Shown: positions 46,011 through 55,989, numbered from the stretch's first letter. The stretch is DNA of 64,000 nt from Escherichia coli (GCF_009931435.1 NZ_CP043414.1); one strand, 5' to 3'. Numbers and translations: made by a program. Notes: generated from the sequence alone by a model not told the origin.

Positions 46011-46766
46011 TCAGAACTTATAACCACGATGCAGCGCCACAACCCCTGCCGTCAGGTTGTAATAGTCGACACTTTCGAATCCAGCATCCTGCATCATAGC
46101 TTTCAGGGTGTCCTGATCGGGATGCATGCGGATAGATTCAGCAAGATAACGGTAGCTGTCAGCGTCGTTCGCGACCAGTGAGCCAATACGCGGCAGCACA
46201 TGGAAGGAGTAAGCGTCATAGGCCTTACTTAACGGCTCGATAATCGGCTTCGAGAACTCAAGCACCAGCAGTCGGCCGCCAGGTTTCAGAACGCGATACA
46301 TTGAACGCAGAGCTTTATCTTTGTCAGTGACGTTACGCAGACCAAACGAAATGGTGATGCAATCAAAGGTGTTATCCGGGAACGGCAGCGCCTCAGCGTT
46401 CGCCTGAACATACTCAACGTTGCCAATCACACCAATATTACGCAGCTTCTCGCGGCCCATTTTGAGCATGGATTCATTGATATCAGCAAGGACCACTTTG
46501 CCAGTTTCACCCACCAGGCGGGAGAATTTCGCTGTCAGGTCGCCAGTACCGCCTGCCAGATCCAGCACGGTCTGCCCGCGGCGTACGCCACTGCAATCAA
46601 TCGTGAAGCGTTTCCACAAACGATGTATGCCAAAAGACATCAAATCATTCATGACATCGTATTTCGATGCCACGGAATGGAAAACGTGGGCGACCATATC
46701 CGCTTTTTGTTCCTTCGCGACGGTCTGAAAACCAAAGTGCGTCGTTTCTTGTGACTTATCCACCAT
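46011..46766 (-). CDS. ubiE: ubiquinone/menaquinone C-methyltransferase
   Basis: 251 aa; SAM-binding motif [10 protein letters not shown]. Confidence 0.96.
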
Positions 46767-46860
46767 CTCAATGCCTGCTCATCAAAAAATTGTTCCAGAA
46801 GTGTAACAGATTGGGCGTCGATGCCCTAGATTTCTACCCGGCTTAACTACCCCCAATGGG

Positions 46861-48288
46861 CTAGCGCGACTGCTGATTATATTCATCATCGCGTTGATAA
46901 GCTTCATCATTCGGCTGCTCCGGTACCGACCGCAGTCGATACTCTTCATCCTGGCTCACCGCTTGTTCAGCCAAATCCGGATTAATCTCGCGTTTAATTT
47001 CTACTCCTAAACCGCGAAACGCTTCTGCTTGCGCCAGCACATTTCCGCGACCTGAAGAGAGTTTTTTCATTGCCTGACGATAGTTGTCCTGTGCTTTGTC
47101 CAGACTTTGACCAATCGCGGACATATCATCGACAAACAAGCGCATTTTGTCGTACAACTTGCTGGCACGATCGGCTATTTTCTGAGCGTTGCGGCTTTGA
47201 TGCTCATAGCGCCAGAGGTTGGCGATAGTGCGCAGCGCCACCAGCAGCGTGGTCGGGCTAACCAGCATGATATTGTTTTTCAACGCTTCGGTGATCAGCT
47301 CCGGCTGGCGGTCAAGCGCCAGTAAAAAAGCGGGTTCAACGGGAATAAACATCAGCACGTAATCCAGGGTTCGCAGCCCCGGCAGCTGTTGATAATCTTT
47401 GCGTCCCAGCAAACGGATATGGTTACGCACCGACGCGATATGTTCCTGTAGCGCGCTTTCGCGGGTGTAGTCGTCTTCTGCGTTGAAATAGCGTTCATAG
47501 GCGACCAGTGTCATTTTTGCGTCGATCACCACATCTTTTCCCTGCGGCAACCGCACGATGACATCCGGCTGCATCCGCGAGCGGGCGTCATTTTCGATGC
47601 TGACCTGGGTTTCATATTCATACCCTTCACGCAGACCGGAAGCCTCCAGCACACGCGTCAATACTACCTCGCCCCAGTTGCCCTGGGTTTTATTGTCGCC
47701 TTTCAGCGCACGCGTCAGGTTGATCGCTTCCTGGGCCATTTGCGCGTTGAGCTGCTGGAGATTGCGTATTTCGTGAGTCAGGGTATGGCGTTCTTGTGCT
47801 TCTTTACCGAAACTGTCCTGAACCTGACGACGAAAACCGTCCAGTTGTTCACGTAGTGGCGACAACAGGCTGTTCAGACTCTGACGGTTTTGCTCATCAA
47901 CCCGGCGATTGCTGTGCTCGAAAATACGGTTGGCGAGGTTTTCAAACTGCTCACTGAGGCGCTGTTCGCTGTTGATCATTTGGCGAATTTTATCGTCAGC
48001 ATGTTGCTGTACGGCCTCCATTCGCGTGGTGACTTCACGCAGATCCGCCTCCAGCGAGGTGTTAATGCTTTGCAGACTGCGCACTTCATTATTGAGTAAC
48101 TCGCACTCAGCACGCCAATGTTCGCTTTGGGTAATTTGTTGTTTTGCCGCACTTAACTCCGCGACCATCTCTTCACGTTCAGCGAATTGCTCGGCTTTTT
48201 GCTGCGCATGCTGATAACTGGCAATCAGCCAGCCAATCGCCACGCTCACCAACGCAATAACTGCGTAAACCATGATTGAGATATCCAC
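46861..48288 (-). CDS. rmuC: DNA recombination protein RmuC
   Basis: Start assigned to GTG at 48288 (VDISIMVYAVIAL, preceded by ggagg RBS) giving 475 aa; the ORF-track ATG at 48381 adds 31 aa. Confidence 0.88.
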   Translation of the reverse strand: MDISIMVYAVIALVSVAIGWLIASYQHAQQKAEQFAEREEMVAELSAAKQQITQSEHWRAECELLNNEVRSLQSINTSLEADLREVTTRMEAVQQHADDKIRQMINSEQRLSEQFENLANRIFEHSNRRVDEQNRQSLNSLLSPLREQLDGFRRQVQDSFGKEAQERHTLTHEIRNLQQLNAQMAQEAINLTRALKGDNKTQGNWGEVVLTRVLEASGLREGYEYETQVSIENDARSRMQPDVIVRLPQGKDVVIDAKMTLVAYERYFNAEDDYTRESALQEHIASVRNHIRLLGRKDYQQLPGLRTLDYVLMFIPVEPAFLLALDRQPELITEALKNNIMLVSPTTLLVALRTIANLWRYEHQSRNAQKIADRASKLYDKMRLFVDDMSAIGQSLDKAQDNYRQAMKKLSSGRGNVLAQAEAFRGLGVEIKREINPDLAEQAVSQDEEYRLRSVPEQPNDEAYQRDDEYNQQSR

Positions 48289-48404
48289 AACGCCTCCAGC
48301 CTCATTACTTACCCGCACAAAATAGAATTGTGCTGTACAAACGTCCAGTTTGAAAGAAGTTTCCTGCGAGGCGCTACGCAAAACGATCCTTAATTTTTAT
48401 TATT

Positions 48405-48444
48405 TTATCCCACAATATGAGACCTAGTTTATATTGTGGGATAA
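48405..48444. promoter_or_regulatory. perfect 14-bp inverted repeat, candidate operator
   Basis: ttatcccacaatat-N12-atattgtgggataa, 60-100 bp upstream of the IclR-family gene and about 120 bp upstream of divergent rmuC; no flanking U-run on either strand. Confidence 0.45.
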
Positions 48445-48503
48445 ATCACCTTTTCCCCACGTCATTATGTGGAACACTTCAGCAATATCATCAGGAGAAA
48501 CGT

Positions 48504-49271
48504 ATGGCAGATACCTCTTCAACCACCGCTGGCGCACAAACGTTATTACGCGGGCTCGCGGTTCTTAATGCTGTTTATAACGGCTGCCATGACCTGAAAA
48601 GTATCGGCGAGTTCACCGGCACGACCCGGAGCACAACCCATCGTTTAGTCACCGTTCTGGTGGAACAACGCTACCTGCGCCACGTCCCAACGCAGGGCTA
48701 CCAACTGGGCGCCAAACTGATCGAATTCGGTGCCAGAGCGCTGGAAAGCACCTCGCTGTACGAAGTTGCGCTGCCCGTTTTGCAACGCCTTGCCCGTTAC
48801 ACCCTGGACACCGTGCATCTGGGGATCGTTGAAGGCGACGAAGTGCTGTATCTGGAGAAGATCAACAGCCAGCGCGGGCTGGAAATGCGCTCACGCCCAG
48901 GCCATCGCATGCCACTGGCAATCACCGGCATCGGCAAGGCATTGATCCTCAACCGAACAGAAGAAGAGTGGCGCACGCTGTTTAAGACCTGTGGTGATGA
49001 AACAAAACTGGGCGCATTTATTCAGAACATGCGTCGTTATGCCGCGAGTGGTTTTGCTTTTGATCTGGAAGAGAACGAGCCGACTATCCGTTGCGTTGCA
49101 GCGCCGGTTTACAACGCCCGGGATGAAATTGTGGCGGCTATTTCTGTCGCCAGTACCACTACGTATATGTCACTGGCGCGTCTGGAAGAACTGGCACCTT
49201 ACGTCAAATCCTGTGCAGAAGAGATATCCGCTGAACTGGGCTGGGGTAAGCACGTCCGCAAAAATAAATAA
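48504..49271 (+). CDS. IclR-family transcriptional regulator
   Basis: Start chosen at MADTSSTTAGAQTLLRGLAVLNAV (aggag RBS); N-terminal wHTH plus C-terminal effector-domain pattern typical of IclR regulators. Confidence 0.8.
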   Translation: MADTSSTTAGAQTLLRGLAVLNAVYNGCHDLKSIGEFTGTTRSTTHRLVTVLVEQRYLRHVPTQGYQLGAKLIEFGARALESTSLYEVALPVLQRLARYTLDTVHLGIVEGDEVLYLEKINSQRGLEMRSRPGHRMPLAITGIGKALILNRTEEEWRTLFKTCGDETKLGAFIQNMRRYAASGFAFDLEENEPTIRCVAAPVYNARDEIVAAISVASTTTYMSLARLEELAPYVKSCAEEISAELGWGKHVRKNK

Positions 49272-49294
49272 ACCATGACTAAAGGAAACGGCTA

Positions 49295-50299
49295 ATGTCG
49301 GGAAACACCTCATTTATTGCCCTGGACTGGGGAACGTCATCGCTTCGGGCATGGCGTTTTGGCGATTCACCAAATCCACAAGAAAAACGTGAATTCCCGT
49401 GGGGGATCATGAAATTACCCTCCCAGGCAGCAACACGTGAGGACGCTTTCCACGATACGTTTTTACGTGTCTGCGGCGACTGGCTGGCACAATCCCCATG
49501 CCCGGTTCTGGCTTGCGGCATGATCGGCAGTGCGCAAGGGTGGCAACCCGCAGCTTATTTACCTTGCCCGGTCACTCTCGAGGGTCTGGCAAAGCAGTTG
49601 ACGCCTGTTATCCACCAGCAGCAGACAATGCTGCATATTATTCCTGGCGTGATTAAAGAAGGTGAAATGCCCGAAGTAATGCGTGGTGAAGAGACACAAA
49701 TCTTCGGTGCTATCTCGATGGAACCGGCCCTGCAAAACGCGATCCGCCAGGGTATGCCTGTGCTGATTGGCTTACCTGGCACACATGCGAAATGGGCGGT
49801 AGTTGAAAACAACACCATTACCGATTTCCGAACCTTTATGACTGGCGAGTTATTTGATGTTTTATCCCGCCATTCGATTCTCGGTGCCACCATGCGTTCG
49901 GGAGATGAACCGCACTGGGATGCCTTCACCCATGGGCTGACAGCAGCACAAGAGCATCATCAGACCGGATTATTATCGACGCTGTTTTCGACCCGTTCGC
50001 GCCTGCTGACCAGTAATCTTACGCCGTCCTCACAGGGGGATTACCTTTCAGGATTACTGATAGGCCATGAATTATGCGGTCTGGCATCCAGTTTGCTACG
50101 TGATTTACCCGCCACAACACCGATCGCCTTAATCGGTAGCGCCACTCTGAACAGCCGCTATTCACAAGCATTCAGCCACGTTTTTCCCGACAGACAGCTA
50201 CACGCCATTCCTAATGCCACTGAACAGGGGTTATGGCGAATCGCCCACGTTGCCGGGCTACTCTCCACCAACGCCAGGGAATGTACCCATGCCATTTAA
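49295..50299 (+). CDS. 2-dehydro-3-deoxygalactonokinase-like sugar-acid kinase (DgoK family)
   Basis: 334 aa; N-terminal IALDWGTSSLRAW and VMRGEETQIFGA / TGELFD..LS.HS.LGA / LSGLLIG motifs align with E. coli DgoK as I recall it. Confidence 0.8.
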   Translation: MSGNTSFIALDWGTSSLRAWRFGDSPNPQEKREFPWGIMKLPSQAATREDAFHDTFLRVCGDWLAQSPCPVLACGMIGSAQGWQPAAYLPCPVTLEGLAKQLTPVIHQQQTMLHIIPGVIKEGEMPEVMRGEETQIFGAISMEPALQNAIRQGMPVLIGLPGTHAKWAVVENNTITDFRTFMTGELFDVLSRHSILGATMRSGDEPHWDAFTHGLTAAQEHHQTGLLSTLFSTRSRLLTSNLTPSSQGDYLSGLLIGHELCGLASSLLRDLPATTPIALIGSATLNSRYSQAFSHVFPDRQLHAIPNATEQGLWRIAHVAGLLSTNARECTHAI

Positions 50300-50918
50300 T
50301 ACGCTTTTGCAAAAAACCGGGTTAGTCGCCATTTTACGCGGCGTGAAACCGGATGAGATTGTCGCCATCGGTGAAAAGCTGTATGCCGCTGGATTTCGCC
50401 TGATTGAGATTCCCATGAACTCGCCGGAGCCGTTGCAAAGTATCAGTTTACTGCGCGACGCCCTGCCTAAGGACTGCCTGGTCGGAGCCGGAACGGTGCT
50501 TTCGGTGGAGCAAGTCGTCGCGGTTAAAGAGGCTGGAGGCCAGATTATCGTGATGCCGCATTGCGATACTGCGGTGATCCGTCGTGCCCGTGCGCTGGGT
50601 ATGTATTGTGCGCCTGGCGTCGCTACGCCCACCGAAGCTTTTGCTGCCATTGAACATGGCGCCAATGCCATCAAGCTGTTCCCGGCTGAACAAATTACGC
50701 CTGAAGTCACCAAAGCCTGGCGTGCGGTTATTCCACAATCCGTTCCGATGTTACCGGTTGGCGGTATCACTCCAGACACAATGGCGCGTTATCTGAGCCA
50801 CGGCGCAAACGGCTTTGGCCTCGGTTCTGCGCTATATCGCCCCGGCATGACGCCAGAGCAAGTCTATGAAAATGCAGTACTGTTTATGAACGCATGGAAC
50901 AATTTAAATAGCAAATAA
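50289..50918 (+). CDS. 2-dehydro-3-deoxy-6-phosphogalactonate (KDPGal/KDPG) aldolase-like
   Basis: Start at MPFNTLLQKTGLVAILRG (209 aa), overlapping the kinase gene by 11 bp; AILRG...EIP.NSP...GAGTVL...GG(I/V)TP motifs of the Eda/DgoA family. Confidence 0.8.
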   Translation: MPFNTLLQKTGLVAILRGVKPDEIVAIGEKLYAAGFRLIEIPMNSPEPLQSISLLRDALPKDCLVGAGTVLSVEQVVAVKEAGGQIIVMPHCDTAVIRRARALGMYCAPGVATPTEAFAAIEHGANAIKLFPAEQITPEVTKAWRAVIPQSVPMLPVGGITPDTMARYLSHGANGFGLGSALYRPGMTPEQVYENAVLFMNAWNNLNSK

Positions 50919-50942
50919 CTGATAAATAAGGATATAAAAGCA

Positions 50943-51917
50943 ATGATAAAACATCTTACCTTACCGAAAAAAATGGCTGCAATGGTACTTCTTGCCGGCG
51001 CTGCCCTCAGCACTGCGCCTGTACAGGCGGCCTCCTGGCCAACCAAACAAATCGAGTTAGTCGTACCCTACGCGGCCGGAGGCGGTACGGACCTGGTTGC
51101 CCGAGCCTTTGCTGATGCCGCCAAAAACCATTTACCCGTCAGCATCGGGGTTATCAATAAACCTGGCGGTGGCGGCGCTATCGGCCTGAGTGAAATCGCC
51201 GCTGCCCGCCCTAACGGTTACAAAATGGGTTTAGGCACGGTTGAACTGACCACCCTTCCCAGCCTCGGAATGGTGCGTTTTAAAACCAGCGACTTTAAAC
51301 CCATTGCCCGTCTGAATGCGGATCCGGCGGCTATCACCGTCCGTGCCGATGCGCCGTGGAATAGCTATGAAGAATTTATGACTTACGCCAAAGCGAATCC
51401 CGGAAAAGTACGCATTGGTAACTCAGGCACCGGAGCAATCTGGCATCTGGCGGCAGCTGCACTGGAAGACAAAACGGGCGTGAAGTTTTCTCATGTCCCG
51501 TATGACGGCGCAGCCCCTGCCATTACAGGCCTGTTAGGCGGGCATATTGAAGCGGTTTCCGTAAGCCCAGGTGAAGTTATCAATCATGTGAAAGGCGGCA
51601 AGCTGAAGACACTGGTAGTGATGGCGGATGAACGTATGAAAACCATGCCTGACGTCCCGACGTTAAAAGAGAAAGGCGTTGATCTCTCCATCGGCACCTG
51701 GCGCGGCCTGATTGTGTCGCAAAAAACGCCGCAGGATGTGGTGGATGTGCTGGCAAAGGCAGCAAAAGAGACGGCTGAAGAGCCTGCATTCCAGGATGCA
51801 CTGCAAAAGTTGAATCTCAACTATGCATGGCTTGATGGTGCCAGCTTCCAGACCCAAATCAACGAGCAGGAAAAGTACTTTGACGAGCTTCTGACTCGCC
51901 TGGGCCTGAAAAAATAA
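50943..51917 (+). CDS. tctC: tripartite tricarboxylate transporter, periplasmic substrate-binding protein (TctC/Bug family)
   Basis: 324 aa; signal peptide then ASWPTKQIELVVPYAAGGGTDLVAR, typical Bug-family N-terminus. Confidence 0.8.
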   Translation: MIKHLTLPKKMAAMVLLAGAALSTAPVQAASWPTKQIELVVPYAAGGGTDLVARAFADAAKNHLPVSIGVINKPGGGGAIGLSEIAAARPNGYKMGLGTVELTTLPSLGMVRFKTSDFKPIARLNADPAAITVRADAPWNSYEEFMTYAKANPGKVRIGNSGTGAIWHLAAAALEDKTGVKFSHVPYDGAAPAITGLLGGHIEAVSVSPGEVINHVKGGKLKTLVVMADERMKTMPDVPTLKEKGVDLSIGTWRGLIVSQKTPQDVVDVLAKAAKETAEEPAFQDALQKLNLNYAWLDGASFQTQINEQEKYFDELLTRLGLKK

Positions 51918-51933
51918 TCCCGAGGTACGGTCG

Positions 51934-52440
51934 ATGAACACAAAACAGTCTGTTGCTCAACTCGCCGTACCGCACCGCAAGCGCCTTTCATCCACTGTGG
52001 TGGTGGCGCTGTTACTTTGTGTGGTTGCTGGCGCGGTGATAATTAATGCCGCTGATTTTCCAGCAACTGCCATTGAAACGGATCCCGGTGCAAGTGCCTT
52101 CCCTACTTTCTATGCCTGCGCTCTGATTGTGCTCGCTGTCTTACTGGTGATACGCGATCTTTTGCTGGCAAAACCAGTCCCTTGCGCCAACGCACAGGAA
52201 AAACCGGCATTAAGGAAAACGGCAACAGGAATTGCGGCAACCGCGTTTTATATTGTGGCGATGAGCTACTGCGGTTATCTCGTTACTACTCCTGTTTTCC
52301 TCATCGTCATTATGACGTTGATGGGCTACAGGCGATGGGTACTCACTCCGGGTATTGCGCTGCTGTTAACGGCAATCCTCTGGTTGCTGTTTGTCGAAGC
52401 GTTACAGGTGCCATTGCCTGTCGGCACATTTTTCGAATAA
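51934..52440 (+). CDS. tctB: tripartite tricarboxylate transporter small membrane subunit (TctB-like)
   Basis: 168-aa 4-TM protein between tctC-like and tctA-like genes. Confidence 0.7.
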   Translation: MNTKQSVAQLAVPHRKRLSSTVVVALLLCVVAGAVIINAADFPATAIETDPGASAFPTFYACALIVLAVLLVIRDLLLAKPVPCANAQEKPALRKTATGIAATAFYIVAMSYCGYLVTTPVFLIVIMTLMGYRRWVLTPGIALLLTAILWLLFVEALQVPLPVGTFFE

Positions 52441-52452
52441 CAGGGGCCTGCA

Positions 52453-53943
52453 ATGTTTGAAAGTGAACTTTTAACTCAGGGGTTTTCGACATTACTCAGT
52501 AATCCTCAGGCGCTGCTGTTTGCCACGTTTGGAGTGATGCTGGGTATTATGATTGGCGCTCTGCCTGGCCTGACAGCGACCATGGGTGTGGCGATTTTGC
52601 TGCCTTTCACCTACGGCATGGAGCCTGTTTCTGGCTTGTTGATGATTTGCGGTGTCTTTTTTGGTGGTGTGTATGGTGGTTCTATCACCGCAATTTTGCT
52701 CAAAATTCCCGGTACACCTGCCGCCGCTGCCACCGCCATTGACGGTTATGAGTTAACGAAGCAGGGAAAAGCCGGGCTGGCATTAAGTGCCGCCACGTTC
52801 TCTTCTTTTAGCGGTGGAACGCTCAGCATTATCGTATTGATGTTTCTCTCTCCGGTCCTTGCTAGTTGGGCGTTGAAATTTAGTGCCTCGGAGTCCTTCG
52901 CCCTGGCAACCTTCGGACTGAGCATTATTGCCAGTATTTCCGGTGAGTCGCTGATTAAAGGGCTGATCGCCGGGATTGGCGGATTAATGATCGCAACGAT
53001 AGGCCTCGATCCGATGGGCGGTTTTCCACGCTTTACGGGCGGGTTTGTGGAACTGATGAATGTGCCATTTATCCCGGTGATGATTGGTCTGTTTGCTGCT
53101 TCAGAAGCGTTCCGTTCTATGGAACAAAATCAGCATATTCGTCAGAGCGCGAACGTGGCTATCGGCAGTCTGTTACTGCCCTGGCAAACGCTACGCCGCA
53201 TCGCATTAACCATTTTGCGCTCATCAGGATTAGGGGTTTTTATCGGCATGATCCCCGGTGCGGGGGCAGATATTGCAGCTTTTGTTGCCTATAACGAAAC
53301 TCGTCGTTTCAGTAAGACGCCTGAAAACTTTGGTAAGGGTGAGATTAAGGCGGTGGCCTCCTGTGAGGCAGGCGCGAATGGCTGCACCGGTGGCGCATTG
53401 TTACCTATGCTGACGTTGGGGATCCCAGGCGATGCGGTAACTGCCATCATGCTGGGCGCGTTAACGTTACAAGGGATGCAGCCAGGCCCACTGATGTTTA
53501 CCGACCACGGCGATATGGTTTATACGTTATTTGTCGGCATGATCTTCTGTTACTTCATGCTGCTAGTTCTTGGACTGCTCTCTTTGAAAGTCATCGGTAA
53601 CGTGGTGAAAATTCCCGGCAATATTCTCACACCGATGATCCTCGCACTTTGTGTGGTCGGGACTTATGCGTTGAACAATAGCCTGTTTGATGTTGGCATT
53701 ATGCTGATTGCAGGCGTGGTGGGCTATTTCATGCAAAAAGGGGGATATCCGGCATCACCCGTAGTGCTGGCATTGATTATGGGGCCAATGGCGGAAAGTA
53801 ATTTTCGCCGTGCGCTGTCGCTTTCAGGGGGGTCACTCGACTTCCTGTATACCCGACCGATAACCCTGGCATTGCTGACACTGGCAGCCTTTACGCTACT
53901 GACGCCAATAATACGCAAAATTATGCGCTTACGGCGTCAGTAA
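52453..53943 (+). CDS. tctA: tripartite tricarboxylate transporter large permease subunit (TctA-like)
   Basis: 496-aa polytopic membrane protein with duplicated GxPGxxA / IPGxPA-type motifs. Confidence 0.85.
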   Translation: MFESELLTQGFSTLLSNPQALLFATFGVMLGIMIGALPGLTATMGVAILLPFTYGMEPVSGLLMICGVFFGGVYGGSITAILLKIPGTPAAAATAIDGYELTKQGKAGLALSAATFSSFSGGTLSIIVLMFLSPVLASWALKFSASESFALATFGLSIIASISGESLIKGLIAGIGGLMIATIGLDPMGGFPRFTGGFVELMNVPFIPVMIGLFAASEAFRSMEQNQHIRQSANVAIGSLLLPWQTLRRIALTILRSSGLGVFIGMIPGAGADIAAFVAYNETRRFSKTPENFGKGEIKAVASCEAGANGCTGGALLPMLTLGIPGDAVTAIMLGALTLQGMQPGPLMFTDHGDMVYTLFVGMIFCYFMLLVLGLLSLKVIGNVVKIPGNILTPMILALCVVGTYALNNSLFDVGIMLIAGVVGYFMQKGGYPASPVVLALIMGPMAESNFRRALSLSGGSLDFLYTRPITLALLTLAAFTLLTPIIRKIMRLRRQ

Positions 53944-53964
53944 TTGATATCGCTCCCCGACGTT

Positions 53965-54110
53965 GGGGAGTATGAGACTGATGACAAACGCTAAATTGCC
54001 TGATGCGCTGCGCTTATCAGGCCTACCACAGAAATGCAATATATTGAATTTGCATGCTTTTGTAGGCCGGATAAGGCGATCACGCCGCATCCGGTATGAA
54101 CAAAGGACAC
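53965..54110. repeat. REP/BIME elements at the island 1 / udp junction
   Basis: gcctgatgcgctgcgcttatcaggcctac and gtaggccggataaggcgatcacgccgcatccggtatg units. Confidence 0.65.
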
Positions 54111-54127
54111 GTTAACAACAATCGGAA

Positions 54128-54153
54128 TGCTCCCCTAAGCCAGGGAGCGTTTT
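54128..54153 (+). terminator. rho-independent terminator (plus-strand, ends tct operon transcription)
   Basis: ctcccctaagccagggag hairpin followed by a T6 run. Confidence 0.55.
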
Positions 54154-54918
54154 TTATTTCAGCAGACGACGCGCCGCTTCCACCACGATTTTCACCGCCT
54201 GGCTTTCGGTTTGTTTCATCGTCTCAGCATTCGGGATCTCTTGCTGGGTACGATTGACGATAACGCCCGCCACCATACCCGCACGCAGGCCCTGGCTTGC
54301 ACACATGGTCAGCAGGGTTGCAGATTCCATTTCATAGTTCATTACGCCCATCGCCTGCCACTCTTCCATAGAACCTTTAAAGTGACGGACTACACGACCA
54401 GAGTAAGTATCGTAACGTTCCTGACCCGGGTAGAAGGTATCAGAAGAAGCCGTCACACCAACGTGAGTGGTGGCACCAATTGACTTCGCCGCTTCAACCA
54501 GCGCGGTCGTACATTCGAAATCTGCGACAGCCGGGAACTCCAGCGGAGCGAAGTGCAGGCTCGCGCCATCCAGACGAACAGACGCCGTGGTCACCAGCAC
54601 ATCGCCGACATTGATATGCGGCTGGATAGCGCCCGTTGTACCGATACGCAGGAAGGTGCGAATGCCCAGCTGTGCCAGCTCTTCAACCGCAATAGAGGTA
54701 GACGGGCCGCCGATACCGGTAGAGCAGACGATAACAGGTTTACCATCCAGCTCTGCACGCCAGGTGGTGAATTCGCGGTGAGATGCCAGCTTAACCGGCT
54801 TATCCATCAGCGCGGCGATCTTTTCCACACGATCCGGGTCGCCAGGGACGATGGCAAGCGTAGCCCCTTGTAAATCGTTTTTAGTGAGGCCGAGATGAAA
54901 AACATCAGACTTGGACAT
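54154..54918 (-). CDS. udp: uridine phosphorylase
   Basis: [41 protein letters not shown]...; PNP/UDP family. Confidence 0.96.
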   Translation of the reverse strand: MSKSDVFHLGLTKNDLQGATLAIVPGDPDRVEKIAALMDKPVKLASHREFTTWRAELDGKPVIVCSTGIGGPSTSIAVEELAQLGIRTFLRIGTTGAIQPHINVGDVLVTTASVRLDGASLHFAPLEFPAVADFECTTALVEAAKSIGATTHVGVTASSDTFYPGQERYDTYSGRVVRHFKGSMEEWQAMGVMNYEMESATLLTMCASQGLRAGMVAGVIVNRTQQEIPNAETMKQTESQAVKIVVEAARRLLK

Positions 54919-55179
54919 ATACAACTCCTCTGTGAATCGGTTTAGTCAGAAGAAGCAAAAAGACACTTTACCGAAGGGTTTAACATTTTTTCGTGACACT
55001 CATCACCTTGATGCAAATGCGTTGCATAAATTTACCCAGCAAAAGTGATGCGAATCACATAAATCACTCTTCATTCTGCATGACTGCATAAAAGATGAGC
55101 CGATTCAGGCAATGTGATTTGTTGCATGCTGACTATAGTTAACATTGCGCAACATTTTTATAAGGGTACGGAGAATACC

Positions 55180-55989
55180 ATGGCAACAACACAACAATCT
55201 GGATTTGCACCTGCTGCATCACCTCTCGCTTCGACCATCGTTCAGACCCCGGATGACGCGATTGTAGCAGGCATCACCTCTATCCCTTCACAAGGGGATA
55301 ACATGCCTGCTTACCATGCCAGACCAAAGCAGAGCGATGGCCTACTACCAGTGGTCATTGTAGTGCAGGAAATTTTTGGCGTGCATGAACATATCCGCGA
55401 TATTTGTCGCCGTCTGGCGCTGGAGGGGTATCTGGCTATCGCACCTGAACTTTACTTCCGCGAAGGCGATCCGAATGATTTTGCCGATATCCCTACGCTG
55501 CTTAGCGGTCTGGTAGCAAAAGTGCCTGACTCGCAGGTGCTGGCCGATCTCGATCATGTCGCCAGTTGGGCGTCACGCAACGGCGGCGATGTTCATCGCT
55601 TAATGATCACCGGATTTTGCTGGGGTGGGCGCATCACCTGGCTGTATGCTGCGCATAATCCACAACTGAAAGCAGCGGTGGCATGGTACGGCAAATTAAC
55701 CGGCGATAAGACGCTGAATTCACCGAAACAACCTGTTGATATCGCAACCGATCTTAACGCTCCGGTTCTCGGCTTATATGGCGGCCAGGATAACAGCATT
55801 CCGCAGGAGAGCGTTGAAACCATGCGCCAGGCGCTGCGGGCTGCTAATGCGAAAGCAGAGATTATCGTCTACCCGGATGCCGGGCATGCATTCAACGCCG
55901 ATTATCGCCCGAGCTATCATGCCGAATCTGCGAAAGATGGCTGGCAGCGAATGCTGGAGTGGTTTAAGCAGTATGGTGTTAAAAAGTAA
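55180..55989 (+). CDS. ysgA: dienelactone hydrolase family protein
   Basis: Start chosen at MATTQQSGFAPAAS (269 aa); alpha/beta hydrolase with nucleophile motif ITGFCWGG. Confidence 0.9.
   Translation: MATTQQSGFAPAASPLASTIVQTPDDAIVAGITSIPSQGDNMPAYHARPKQSDGLLPVVIVVQEIFGVHEHIRDICRRLALEGYLAIAPELYFREGDPNDFADIPTLLSGLVAKVPDSQVLADLDHVASWASRNGGDVHRLMITGFCWGGRITWLYAAHNPQLKAAVAWYGKLTGDKTLNSPKQPVDIATDLNAPVLGLYGGQDNSIPQESVETMRQALRAANAKAEIIVYPDAGHAFNADYRPSYHAESAKDGWQRMLEWFKQYGVKK

Noticed and set aside
48417-48503. N-terminal extension of the IclR-family ORF (MRPSLYCGINHLF...)
   Set aside because: It overlaps the palindromic operator region and lacks an RBS; the ATG at 48504 has an aggag RBS and gives a typical IclR length.
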